A stretch of 64,000 bases of DNA from Geopsychrobacteraceae bacterium (GTDB lineage Bacteria; Desulfobacterota; Desulfuromonadia; Desulfuromonadales; Geopsychrobacteraceae). The stretch covers positions 2,240,001-2,304,000 of the forward strand of contig CAXXTB010000002.1 of assembly GCA_963676795.2 (NCBI GenBank). Direction: 5' to 3'. Below the pieces are notes generated by a model. It was not told the DNA's origin, made no database searches, and was given only the letters and a program-made list of their open reading frames with translations. Shown here piece by piece: positions 45,493-54,318 of this stretch (position 1 is its first letter; each line of letters starts with the position of its first letter). A program made the position numbers and the translations under genes.

Positions 45493-45655
45493 TGAACATT
45501 CTCACAATGACCAGCTTTTCAGGCCAATCCGGCCGCGCATAATGCCACGATTGACCCCAGCGTGCAAGCATTAATAGCATTTTTGATAAATTTGACAACA
45601 TCTTCAGCTACAGAGTAGATTAAACCAGAATTGAACCTCAGGAAAAGGGCTCCAC

Positions 45656-45910
45656 TTGTCTGCATATCGCATCTCAGCGCTATTATTTCTTCTGGCATTT
45701 GCCCTGTTCAGCAATATCCCTCTCGGCTATCTTCGCTCGGGAGCTCAAAAATTTTCTATCCGCTGGTATCTGTATATACATCTGTCAATCCCCTTTATCA
45801 TCCTGATGCGCTACAGTCTCGACTTTAAATGGCACTGGATTCCCCTGACCCTTGTGTGCGCGATCTGCGGACAGCTCATCGGCAGCAGAATGAGAAGAAG
45901 TCCACCATGA
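45656..45910 (+). CDS. Small three-TM hypothetical membrane protein
   Basis: NIPLGYLR, WYLYIHLSIPFI; TTG start; stop overlaps the next ATG (ATGA); TTGACA-18 nt-TAGATT upstream. Confidence 0.7.
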   Translation: MSAYRISALLFLLAFALFSNIPLGYLRSGAQKFSIRWYLYIHLSIPFIILMRYSLDFKWHWIPLTLVCAICGQLIGSRMRRSPP

Positions 45911-46419
45911 AACCCAGAAACGAACGTCCACGTATGAAACAGGCCCGGCGTGTCGGCTCACTCCTCCAGGAACTCTATACCCAGCCAGGCATCGGGGAAC
46001 AGCTAAACAGGCATCAGGCCTGGCTGATCTGGGACAAACTCGTTGGTGAGCAGATCGCAGCGCGGGCCAGACCATTGCGCCTGAGAAACGACATTCTCGA
46101 GGTTCAGGTTGACCATCCGGTCTGGATGCAGCAACTGCAGATGCTTAAACCGCAAATTCTGAAAAAGCTGAATGAGCAGCTGCCAAATATCGGCATCACG
46201 GACATCTATCTGCGTCAAACCAGCGGCACTCCAGCTCCGCGCCCTGCGCCAAAAATCAGTAATGAGCCACCGGGATGGACACGCATATGCCTCTCAGATG
46301 AAGAATTGAGGCATGTCGACAGCGAACTTGAATCGATCAAGGACGATAACCTGAGAAACCAGCTCAGAGCACTGAGAATCAAACAACTCAAGCTGGACAA
46401 GGATCGCAATCGCAGCTGA
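45907..46419 (+). CDS. dciA: DUF721/DciA family replicative helicase loader
   Basis: WDKLVGEQIAARARP, LEVQVDHPVWMQQLQMLKPQILKKLN. Confidence 0.82.
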   Translation: MKPRNERPRMKQARRVGSLLQELYTQPGIGEQLNRHQAWLIWDKLVGEQIAARARPLRLRNDILEVQVDHPVWMQQLQMLKPQILKKLNEQLPNIGITDIYLRQTSGTPAPRPAPKISNEPPGWTRICLSDEELRHVDSELESIKDDNLRNQLRALRIKQLKLDKDRNRS

Positions 46420-47145
46420 TCAACAGTATATGGCCAAAACTTCTTCACTGTAGTGACGTCCATCACCATGTGAATCATAAATAATCAGCGGCGCCTCGAC
46501 CAGCAGACCGGACCCTGCCGACTTGACCCCTTCGACCAGAACCAAACGCGCCGCTTCGTCGGCGTGAGGATGAACCATACGGATCCTTTTGGGCTGGAGC
46601 CGTTCCTGCTGCATCAGCGATAGCAGCTCCGCCAGCCGCTCAGCCAGATGAATAACAGCAAAAGCTCCGCCATTATTGAGCAGCCAGGAGGCGGCCCGCA
46701 CAAAGGCATCCAGTCCGCCGAAGAGCTCATGTCTGGCAGCGGCACGCTCATCCCCCGGAGCAACCCGCCCACAGTCCGGTTGTCGAAATGGCGGGTTACT
46801 GACAACCAGGTCAAATTGCCCGCAAGGCAAAAGGGTTCTGATCTCCCGGATATCGCCAGCAAGAATCCGGACTGTTGCTTCAAGAGCGTTGTGGCTTACA
46901 TTACGCATGGCACGCTCGGCCATGACCACCTGACGCTCGACCCCGATGACAGATGCGGGCGAACCGATTTTGGCCAGCAGCAATGACAATACACCACAGC
47001 CCGCCCCCAGGTCGACAACCCGCGCCCGGTTTTTAATTCGGACAAAACGTGCCAGCAGGACCGGGTCCAATGAAAACCTGTAACCATCCCTGGCCTGGTA
47101 AAATTCCAAGCCCCCGATCGGCAAACTGTCCAGAGTCTCAGCCAT
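46420..47145 (-). CDS. tRNA1(Val) m6A37 methyltransferase family (YfiC/TrmM-like)
   Basis: GYRFSLDPVLL, DLGAGCG, NPPF, ARHE; start trimmed to MAETL. Confidence 0.85.
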   Translation of the reverse strand: MAETLDSLPIGGLEFYQARDGYRFSLDPVLLARFVRIKNRARVVDLGAGCGVLSLLLAKIGSPASVIGVERQVVMAERAMRNVSHNALEATVRILAGDIREIRTLLPCGQFDLVVSNPPFRQPDCGRVAPGDERAAARHELFGGLDAFVRAASWLLNNGGAFAVIHLAERLAELLSLMQQERLQPKRIRMVHPHADEAARLVLVEGVKSAGSGLLVEAPLIIYDSHGDGRHYSEEVLAIYC

Positions 47146-47158
47146 CAAAATTCCCCTG

Positions 47159-47193
47159 AAAAACGAAATGCCAGCCTTATCCAGGCTGGCATT
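47159..47193 (-). terminator. Intrinsic terminator after the cytochrome gene
   Basis: AATGCCAGCCT-GGATA-AGGCTGGCATT followed by TCGTTTTT. Confidence 0.75.
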
Positions 47194-47218
47194 CCTTGAA
47201 CCCAAAGCTGGTGCCAGT

Positions 47219-47539
47219 CTATTTGACGTGACACCCTTTACATTTCTTGCCATCGACTTCGGCAGCCTTTTGCTTGTGACACTCTTTACAGTTCTTGTGA
47301 AAAGCATCTTTAGCTTTTGGTGCCTTTGTGCCGTCATGACAACTTTTGCAAGGCTCATAACTTCCCGTGTGGTGACAGGCCACACAGTCCGCACGCTCCT
47401 GATGTGCAGCGTGCTCAAAGGTCACGGTACCAAGCTTGGTTTCATACTTGATCTGAGCAGCGCCCCTATCTTCGGCAACAGCAACGACAGCCGTCCCGAC
47501 GAACAGTGCAACAACAAACAGAACCAGAATCTTCTTCAT
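47219..47539 (-). CDS. Periplasmic class III (c3/c7 family) cytochrome with four CXXCH motifs
   Basis: Signal peptide, GTVTFEHAAH, CVACH, CKSCH, CKECH, CKGCH; GGAGGAG RBS. Confidence 0.93.
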   Translation of the reverse strand: MKKILVLFVVALFVGTAVVAVAEDRGAAQIKYETKLGTVTFEHAAHQERADCVACHHTGSYEPCKSCHDGTKAPKAKDAFHKNCKECHKQKAAEVDGKKCKGCHVK

Positions 47540-47656
47540 TCTCAACTCCTCCCGTAGTTAGGCCCCCAATGCCTGTACAATAAATATAGCAGGTTTGGAA
47601 AGGAGTCAATGCGTTCACATGGATAAAGCTATAGACATCGCCCCGACATCAGGCGT

Positions 47657-48181
47657 TCAGACCAGTCCGTCTTCGACAAGCTTCTGCTGAACCTTATCCG
47701 ATTTCTTGATAACCCCTTCAGCCATCTCCCTTTTGAACTGTTTGAGCTTCTCAATCAGCCCGGCGTCCTGAGCTGAAAGAATCTGGGCCGCATAGATTCC
47801 AGCATTGCGTGCGCCGGCAGCTCCGATTGCCATGGTCGCGACAGGGATGCCGGCAGGCATCTGAACCATCGCCAGCAACGCATCAAGCCCCTTCAGAGAG
47901 GTGGCATCAATCGGCACGGCAATAACCGGCAAGCAGGTTTCCGCAGCAACCACTCCGGCCAGATGGGCAGCAGCACCGGCACCGGCGATCAGAACCTTCA
48001 GGCCGCGACCCTGGGCACTGCTGACATATTCGGCGGTCCGCTCCGGGGTCCGGTGAGCACTGGAGACAATCATTTCAAATGGAATGGAAAACTGCTTGAG
48101 GACCTTGGCAGCTTCGACCATGATTTCGTAGTCATTGTCACTACCCATCAAAATTCCGACCAAAGGGGCCTTTTCACTCAT
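47657..48181 (-). CDS. purE: N5-CAIR mutase / AIR carboxylase PurE
   Basis: MGSDND, SAHRTP, AGAAAHL, QMPAGIPVAT. Confidence 0.96.
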   Translation of the reverse strand: MSEKAPLVGILMGSDNDYEIMVEAAKVLKQFSIPFEMIVSSAHRTPERTAEYVSSAQGRGLKVLIAGAGAAAHLAGVVAAETCLPVIAVPIDATSLKGLDALLAMVQMPAGIPVATMAIGAAGARNAGIYAAQILSAQDAGLIEKLKQFKREMAEGVIKKSDKVQQKLVEDGLV

Positions 48182-48213
48182 CTTTTCTATCTCCGTCGCA
48201 ATATATGGTTAAG

Positions 48214-49485
48214 TTAACGATTCAAAGCCTTGGCACCGATATCACGGCGATAATGAACCCGGTACCAGTCTATCTGTTTCACTCCCGAATAAGCCTTATC
48301 GATGGCCTCCCTGACGGTTGCCCCCAGCCCGGTTACACCAAGAACCCGGCCACCGTTATTGACGATCTCACCATCCCTGGCTGCGGTACCGGCATGGAAG
48401 ACCATCAGGTCTTCGATCCTGGCCGCATCCTCAAGTCCGGAAATCGGGTAGCCTTTTTCAAAACTGGCGGGGTATCCGCCACTGGCCATAACGATACAGA
48501 CGGCCGCTTTGTCGTACCATTCGAGGCGCTCCAGATCAAGCTCACCGCGGGCACAGGCCTGCAGGACAGGAACCACATCCGACTTCATACGCATCAGCAG
48601 CGGCTGACATTCCGGATCACCAAAACGGGCATTATATTCAACGACACGCGGCTTGCCGTCCTTGATCATCAGACCGACGTAAAGGATACCACTGTACGGA
48701 CAGCCATCGTTAGCCATCCCGGCGATAGTCGGCTTGACGATCGTTTCGACGATCTCGTCATAGAGAGCATCGGTCACCACCGGAGCCGGGGAATAGGCAC
48801 CCATTCCTCCGGTATTTGGCCCACTGTCACCGTCAAACACCCGCTTATGGTCCTGCGCCGAAGCCAGCGGCAGGATTTTCTTGCCATCGGTGAAGACAAA
48901 AAAGGAGGCCTCTTCCCCTTCCATGAATTCTTCGATGACGACGCTGGCGCCGGCACTGCCGAACACCTGATCGAGCATAATATCGTCGATCGCTTCGATC
49001 GCCTGCTCCTCAGTCATGGCGACGACAACCCCCTTACCGGCGGCAAGACCATCGGCCTTGACGACGATCGGGGCGCCCTGCTCCTTAATATAGGCGACAG
49101 CCGCTGCATGATCCTCAAAGCGCTGATAGGCTGCAGTCGGAATGTTGTAACGGGCCATCAGGTCCTTGGAGAATCCCTTGCTCCCCTCCAGCTGGGCAGC
49201 GGCCTTACTTGGTCCGAAAACCAGCAACCCTTCGGCCTGAAACCGATCGACAATCCCCAGAGTCAACGGAACTTCCGGTCCGACCACAGTCAGATCGATC
49301 CCCTGCTCTTTGGCAAAATCGCACAGCCCGCTGATATCATCAGCCGCAACGTTGACACATTCAGCCAGAGCGGCGATTCCAGGATTTCCCGGCGCGCAGT
49401 AGATCTTTTCCACCAGCGGCGACTGGGCAATCTTCCAGACCAGCGCATGCTCGCGCCCACCACCACCAACAACCAATATCTTCAT
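48214..49485 (-). CDS. purD: Phosphoribosylamine--glycine ligase
   Basis: GGGGREHAL, GPNTGGMG, EYNARFGDPE. Confidence 0.98.
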   Translation of the reverse strand: MKILVVGGGGREHALVWKIAQSPLVEKIYCAPGNPGIAALAECVNVAADDISGLCDFAKEQGIDLTVVGPEVPLTLGIVDRFQAEGLLVFGPSKAAAQLEGSKGFSKDLMARYNIPTAAYQRFEDHAAAVAYIKEQGAPIVVKADGLAAGKGVVVAMTEEQAIEAIDDIMLDQVFGSAGASVVIEEFMEGEEASFFVFTDGKKILPLASAQDHKRVFDGDSGPNTGGMGAYSPAPVVTDALYDEIVETIVKPTIAGMANDGCPYSGILYVGLMIKDGKPRVVEYNARFGDPECQPLLMRMKSDVVPVLQACARGELDLERLEWYDKAAVCIVMASGGYPASFEKGYPISGLEDAARIEDLMVFHAGTAARDGEIVNNGGRVLGVTGLGATVREAIDKAYSGVKQIDWYRVHYRRDIGAKALNR

Positions 49486-49550
49486 CGACTTACTCCAATG
49501 AGCTGTAAACTTGTTCGCTGTCTTCCACAAAAATTGCAACACCTCACAAG

Positions 49551-49668
49551 AAGCGAGCAATTTCGCACGCAATCAAGGCGCCTGCCGGAGACACGCGGAG
49601 GCGTACCGAAAGGTACGCCGCACAAGTGGTTCCAAAGGCAACGCAGAGTGCGTGTGAAAGGGCCGCTT
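49551..49668. repeat. About 120 bp palindromic intergenic element (REP/MITE-like)
   Basis: Imperfect terminal inverted repeats tttcgcacgca (49561-49571) / tgcgtgtgaaa (49649-49659) enclosing a perfect ggcgtacc-gaaa-ggtacgcc hairpin (49600-49619). Confidence 0.6.
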
Positions 49669-49675
49669 TCTACAC

Positions 49676-51235
49676 TTAATGGCGGAAGTGGCGCATTCCG
49701 GTGAACACCATCGCAATCCCGGCTTCATCCGCTGCCTGAATAACCTCTTCATCACGGATCGAGCCACCCGGCTGAATAACCGCGGTGATTCCGGCCGCGG
49801 CGGCATTGTCGATACCGTCACGGAACGGGAAGAAGGCGTCGGAAGCCATCGCCGCCCCTTTAACCTCCAGGCCGGCATGCTCGGCCTTGATCGCAGCGAT
49901 ACGGGCGGAGTTGACGCGGCTCATCTGACCGGCTCCGACACCGATGGTCATGCCATTCTTGCCGTAGACGATGGCATTTGACTTGACGAACTTGGCAACC
50001 CGCCAGACAAATTCAAGATCTTCGCGTTCCTGTTCGGTCGGTTCGCGCTTGGAGACAACCGTCCAGTCGGCACTCAACTGGGCATCGACATCCTGGACCA
50101 GCAGGCCGCCATTGACACGTTTGTAATCGTAGCGGTGTGCCGCTTTTCCGGTCCATTCGCCACACTCAAGCAGACGGACGTTCTTCTTGGCGGCGACCAC
50201 CTCAACCGCCCCGGCAGCAACCCGTGGCGCGATGATAACCTCGACAAACTGCTTGTCGACAATCGTCTGCGCCGTTTCGGCATCGAGCTCGCGGTTGAAT
50301 GCGATAATGCCGCCAAAAGCCGACTCCGGATCGGTCGCAAAGGCACGCTGATAGGCATCGAGCAGATTCCTGCCAACAGCCACGCCACAGGGGTTGGCAT
50401 GCTTGACAATAACGCAGGCCGGCCCTTCAGTGAACTGCTTGACACACTCCAGAGCGGCATCAGTATCAGCAATATTATTGTAGGACAGCTCTTTCCCCTG
50501 CAGCTGACGGGTGGTTGAGATCGATGCCTCGGTCAGATTCTTTTCGACATAGAATGCAGCCTGCTGATGAGGGTTCTCACCGTAACGCATCCCCTGCGCT
50601 TTCTGAAACTGCATGGTCAGCGCCGGAGGAAACTCGTCTTCTTCGGTGCGGGCGCCAAGCCAGTTGGAGATAGCACCGTCGTAGGCAGCTGTGTGCTGAT
50701 AAACCTTGACGGCGAGACGGAAGTTGGTCTCTTCCGAGATGTCGCCGCTGTTGTGCTTCATCTCGTTGATAACCGGCTCGTAGTCCTCCGGGTCGACCAG
50801 AACAGTGACAAACCGATTGTTCTTGGCGGCGCTGCGCAGCATGGTCGGCCCTCCGATATCGATATTCTCGATAGCATCTTCGAGGCAGCAACCATCCTTA
50901 GCCACGGTCGCCTCGAAGGGATAGAGATTAACGACAACCATGTCGATCGCCTCGATACCATACTTTTCCATGGCATTGACGTGCTCCGGATTGTCACGCA
51001 AGCCGAGCAGAGCCCCGTGAACCTTAGGATGCAGGGTCTTGACCCGGCCGTCCATCATTTCCGGAAAACCGGTATACTCGGAGACATCCATGACAGGGAT
51101 TCCGGCATCACGGATCATGCTTGCGGTACCGCCGGTCGACAGCAACTCGACGCCAAAGCTGTTGAGCTCACGGGCCAGATCGACAATACCGGTTTTGTCA
51201 GACACTGAAATCAGTGCACGCTTGATGACAGCCAT
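49676..51235 (-). CDS. purH: Bifunctional AICAR transformylase / IMP cyclohydrolase
   Basis: [37 protein letters not shown]. Confidence 0.98.
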   Translation of the reverse strand: MAVIKRALISVSDKTGIVDLARELNSFGVELLSTGGTASMIRDAGIPVMDVSEYTGFPEMMDGRVKTLHPKVHGALLGLRDNPEHVNAMEKYGIEAIDMVVVNLYPFEATVAKDGCCLEDAIENIDIGGPTMLRSAAKNNRFVTVLVDPEDYEPVINEMKHNSGDISEETNFRLAVKVYQHTAAYDGAISNWLGARTEEDEFPPALTMQFQKAQGMRYGENPHQQAAFYVEKNLTEASISTTRQLQGKELSYNNIADTDAALECVKQFTEGPACVIVKHANPCGVAVGRNLLDAYQRAFATDPESAFGGIIAFNRELDAETAQTIVDKQFVEVIIAPRVAAGAVEVVAAKKNVRLLECGEWTGKAAHRYDYKRVNGGLLVQDVDAQLSADWTVVSKREPTEQEREDLEFVWRVAKFVKSNAIVYGKNGMTIGVGAGQMSRVNSARIAAIKAEHAGLEVKGAAMASDAFFPFRDGIDNAAAAGITAVIQPGGSIRDEEVIQAADEAGIAMVFTGMRHFRH

Positions 51236-51437
51236 TTTTTGTCCTTTCAGAAGGGAAAATCATTTACATGTTACGATATTCGATAATCGCGCCGGCAGGC
51301 AAAGGCGCGATCCATATATAGAATTCAGGTGAAGAACTAAATTTTACTCAATTCGGGGCACAAACAAAAGACCACCCCCGAAAAAAGAAGTGAGGTTTAT
51401 CATGTTTCCCGATCCCAGACAAGCTTTCGAAGCCATT

Positions 51438-52562
51438 TTATCGATAGTGGCGCGGAACCCTGGCACCGATGCGGCAGAAAACCTCGTATGAGATCGTCCC
51501 CAGAGCGTCAGCCCAGTCATCGCCAGCAATCGTCAACCCATCACTGCTGCCGAGTAGGGTGAGACAATCACCAACCTGCACCTCGGGCAGATCGGTCACG
51601 TCAAACATGATCCAGTCCATACAGACGCGGCCGATCTGGGCGACCTTCCGACCATGCAAAATTCCCTGGCCACGATTGCTCAGCAGGCGATTGTATCCAT
51701 CGGCGTAGCCGATCGGCAGCACCGCGACCTTCGTTCTGCGCCGGGTCACAAAACTGTGGCCATAGGAAACCCCCTTCCCCACAGGCAGATCGCGCAACTG
51801 TGCAATGCAACTACGCAGATTCATCACCGGTTTCAGGTCGAGCTTTTCATCGAAGCCGGGGCCGGGCAGCCCACCGTAGAGCATGATTCCGGGCCTGGAC
51901 AGGGTACATTCCGGGCAGTTCCAGGCACTCAGACCGGCACTGTTGCTCTGGTGAATATCACGCAATTCAAAACCGGCCAGGCGCAGCATGCCGAGCATCT
52001 CAAAGAAGGCCTGCTGCTGAACGGTGGTGACCTGCGAATCAAGCTCATCGGCGCAGGCAAAGTGAGTCATCAGCCCTTCAACCTGCAGACCATTCATTTT
52101 TTTCAGCTCGGCGATCTGATCAGCCAGCTCATCCGCCTGAAAGCCAACCCGCCCCATACCGCTGTCAACCTTCAAATGGACGCGCTGACAGTAACCATGC
52201 CGAACTGAAAATTCATTCAGGCGCCGGGCGGTTTCGATGTCGAGCAGAGCCGGGATCAGGCGAAAATCGTGAAACGCCTGTTCCTGTCCGGGAAAGCAGC
52301 CGCCCAGAACCAGGATAGAGCTGAGGATACCAGCCTGCCTTAGCTCAACGGCCTCTTCCAGGGTTGCAACAGCAAAATCCCGAATTCCGTAATTTTCAAC
52401 AGCGCGGCTGACCGGAACCGCCCCGTGCCCGTAAGCGTCGGCCTTGACCACAGCAAGCAGCCGTTGCCCCTCCCTACGGCAGGCTTCAGCCTGTCTGAGA
52501 TTATGCATCAAAGCTTCAAGATCGATATCAACCCAGGTCGGTCTCCGCGTAAAATCTTTCAT
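51438..52562 (-). CDS. alr: Alanine racemase
   Basis: AVVKADAYGHG (PLP lysine), GYADG, GRVCMD. Confidence 0.97.
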   Translation of the reverse strand: MKDFTRRPTWVDIDLEALMHNLRQAEACRREGQRLLAVVKADAYGHGAVPVSRAVENYGIRDFAVATLEEAVELRQAGILSSILVLGGCFPGQEQAFHDFRLIPALLDIETARRLNEFSVRHGYCQRVHLKVDSGMGRVGFQADELADQIAELKKMNGLQVEGLMTHFACADELDSQVTTVQQQAFFEMLGMLRLAGFELRDIHQSNSAGLSAWNCPECTLSRPGIMLYGGLPGPGFDEKLDLKPVMNLRSCIAQLRDLPVGKGVSYGHSFVTRRRTKVAVLPIGYADGYNRLLSNRGQGILHGRKVAQIGRVCMDWIMFDVTDLPEVQVGDCLTLLGSSDGLTIAGDDWADALGTISYEVFCRIGARVPRHYR

Positions 52563-52657
52563 GGTCACAGGTCCTCAAGAACAGAAAACAGAATGGTAAA
52601 AACAGCCTAATATGACTCTTTACACGGACTCTGTAAACAGCTCACAACAAAGATTAA

Positions 52658-52686
52658 TTGACACCAAGAAAATAGCTTGTTAATCT
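52658..52686 (+). promoter_or_regulatory. sigma70 promoter for thiE-thiD
   Basis: TTGACA-17 nt-TAATCT with an extended TG. Confidence 0.7.
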
Positions 52687-52789
52687 TTTCAACTGTACAA
52701 TCACACAGGACGCCATCTTACTGATTTTATTTATATATATCAATTTTAGAACAATGCACACCCGACCCCCTAAAGGAGGCACTTAAGCG

Positions 52790-54220
52790 ATGCTATCCGG
52801 CCTTTATCTGATTACAGATGACAACCTTGATGGACAACTGGAACAGAAAGTGGAAGCGGCCCTGCTTGGTGGGGCACGCATTGTTCAGTACCGAGCCAAA
52901 AATGTCCGCCCTGACGACCGTCGCCAGATGGCCGAAAAACTACTGCGTTACTGTCGACGCTATGAAGCCCTGTTTATCGTCAACGATCTCCCCGAACTGG
53001 CCCGCGAAATTGATGCGGACGGCGTTCATCTCGGCCAGGAAGATATGCCGCTCTCCCAGGCCAGAAAAATCCTCGGCCACAAAAAGCTGATCGGAATTTC
53101 GACCCACAATGTCGACCAGGCCCTTAAGGCTGAGGCTCAGGGAGCTGACTACATCGGTATTGGCAGTATCTTTGCCACTGACAGCAAAGAGGATACGGAA
53201 GAGGTCGGCATCAAAACCCTGGAACGGGTGCGCAGGGCGGTCCAGATCCCGGTTGTTGCCATTGGCGGCATGACTCCGGAAAGAGCCTATGAAGCTATTC
53301 AGGCTGGAGCCGACAGCATCGCTGTTCTTTCCGGGATCATGGCCGACGGGGAACCGGCGCGGGCGGCCAAGGAGTTCACGCTGCTCTTCAACTGCCACCT
53401 CGATCAGCCCAAAGGCAAGGTCCTGACCATTGCCGGGTCTGATTCCGGCGGCGGAGCAGGCATTCAGGCCGACATCAAAACCATCACCCTGCTTGGCAGC
53501 TATGCCAGCAGCGCCATCACGGCCCTGACCGCCCAGAATACGCTTGGCGTCAGTCAGGCCTACAGCGTTGAAAGTGATTTCGTGAGCAAACAGATCGAGG
53601 TTGTCCTTGACGATATCGGCGCCGACACTTTAAAAACCGGTATGCTCAGCTGGGGCGGCATCATTTCGCGCGTCGCCAGGCTGATCGAAGAACGCGCCCT
53701 GCTGACCGTCGTCGACCCGGTCATGATGGCCAAGGGGGGGGAAGAACTTCTCGACCCGGAAGCCCTCGACATCCTGATTGCCCGGCTGATGCCTCAATCC
53801 TACCTGCTGACCCCGAACCTGCCGGAAACCGAGGCGTTGACCGGCATCCTCCCCCACTCCGTCGAAGAGATGGTTGAAGCCGGCCACCAGCTGCAGGAGC
53901 TCGGCGCCCGCAACGTCCTCATCAAGGGAGGCCACCTGAGCAAGGATGCCACCGACGTTCTGCTGCTTGACGATAAGGTCCACTACCTGACCTCTGAGCG
54001 CTTTGACACCATGAACACCCACGGAACCGGCTGCACCCTGTCGGCCGCGATAGCAACCTTCCTGGCCCAGGGCTACCCGCTGCGCCTGGCTGTCGAGCGA
54101 GCCAAGCGCTTCATCAGCCTCGCCATAGAGCATGCACGCCCCCTTGGAAAGGGACAGGGTCCGGTCAACCATTATTATGCGGCAATGCAACTCTTGCATG
54201 AATCCACCGGAATAGATTAA
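52790..54220 (+). CDS. thiDE: Fused thiamine-phosphate synthase (ThiE) and HMP/HMP-P kinase (ThiD)
   Basis: ThiE: LYLITD, DGVHLGQED, AIGG. ThiD: IAGSDSGGGAGIQAD, HGTGCTLS. Confidence 0.95.
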   Translation: MLSGLYLITDDNLDGQLEQKVEAALLGGARIVQYRAKNVRPDDRRQMAEKLLRYCRRYEALFIVNDLPELAREIDADGVHLGQEDMPLSQARKILGHKKLIGISTHNVDQALKAEAQGADYIGIGSIFATDSKEDTEEVGIKTLERVRRAVQIPVVAIGGMTPERAYEAIQAGADSIAVLSGIMADGEPARAAKEFTLLFNCHLDQPKGKVLTIAGSDSGGGAGIQADIKTITLLGSYASSAITALTAQNTLGVSQAYSVESDFVSKQIEVVLDDIGADTLKTGMLSWGGIISRVARLIEERALLTVVDPVMMAKGGEELLDPEALDILIARLMPQSYLLTPNLPETEALTGILPHSVEEMVEAGHQLQELGARNVLIKGGHLSKDATDVLLLDDKVHYLTSERFDTMNTHGTGCTLSAAIATFLAQGYPLRLAVERAKRFISLAIEHARPLGKGQGPVNHYYAAMQLLHESTGID

Positions 54221-54259
54221 ACTCCAAAACATCGTTTTTGACTGAACGTCCATTCAACT

Positions 54260-54297
54260 AGCAGCGCAGTCATCATGGTCATGACTGCGCTGCTTTT
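54260..54297 (+). terminator. 14-bp hairpin between thiD and thiC (terminator or stabilising structure)
   Basis: AGCAGCGCAGTCAT-7 nt-ATGACTGCGCTGCT followed by TTT. Confidence 0.5.
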
Positions 54298-54318
54298 GCT
54301 ATAAGGGATTAAGGATTC

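Noticed and set aside
46420..47418. 332-aa version of the methyltransferase, and similar long N-termini for murG, murD, purD, yraN, dciA and ispE
   Set aside because: The extensions overlap upstream genes, terminators or promoters; downstream starts with an RBS or stop-start coupling fit better.
51236..51437. ZTP or purine riboswitch upstream of purH
   Set aside because: Only two simple hairpins; I could not find the conserved aptamer sequences.
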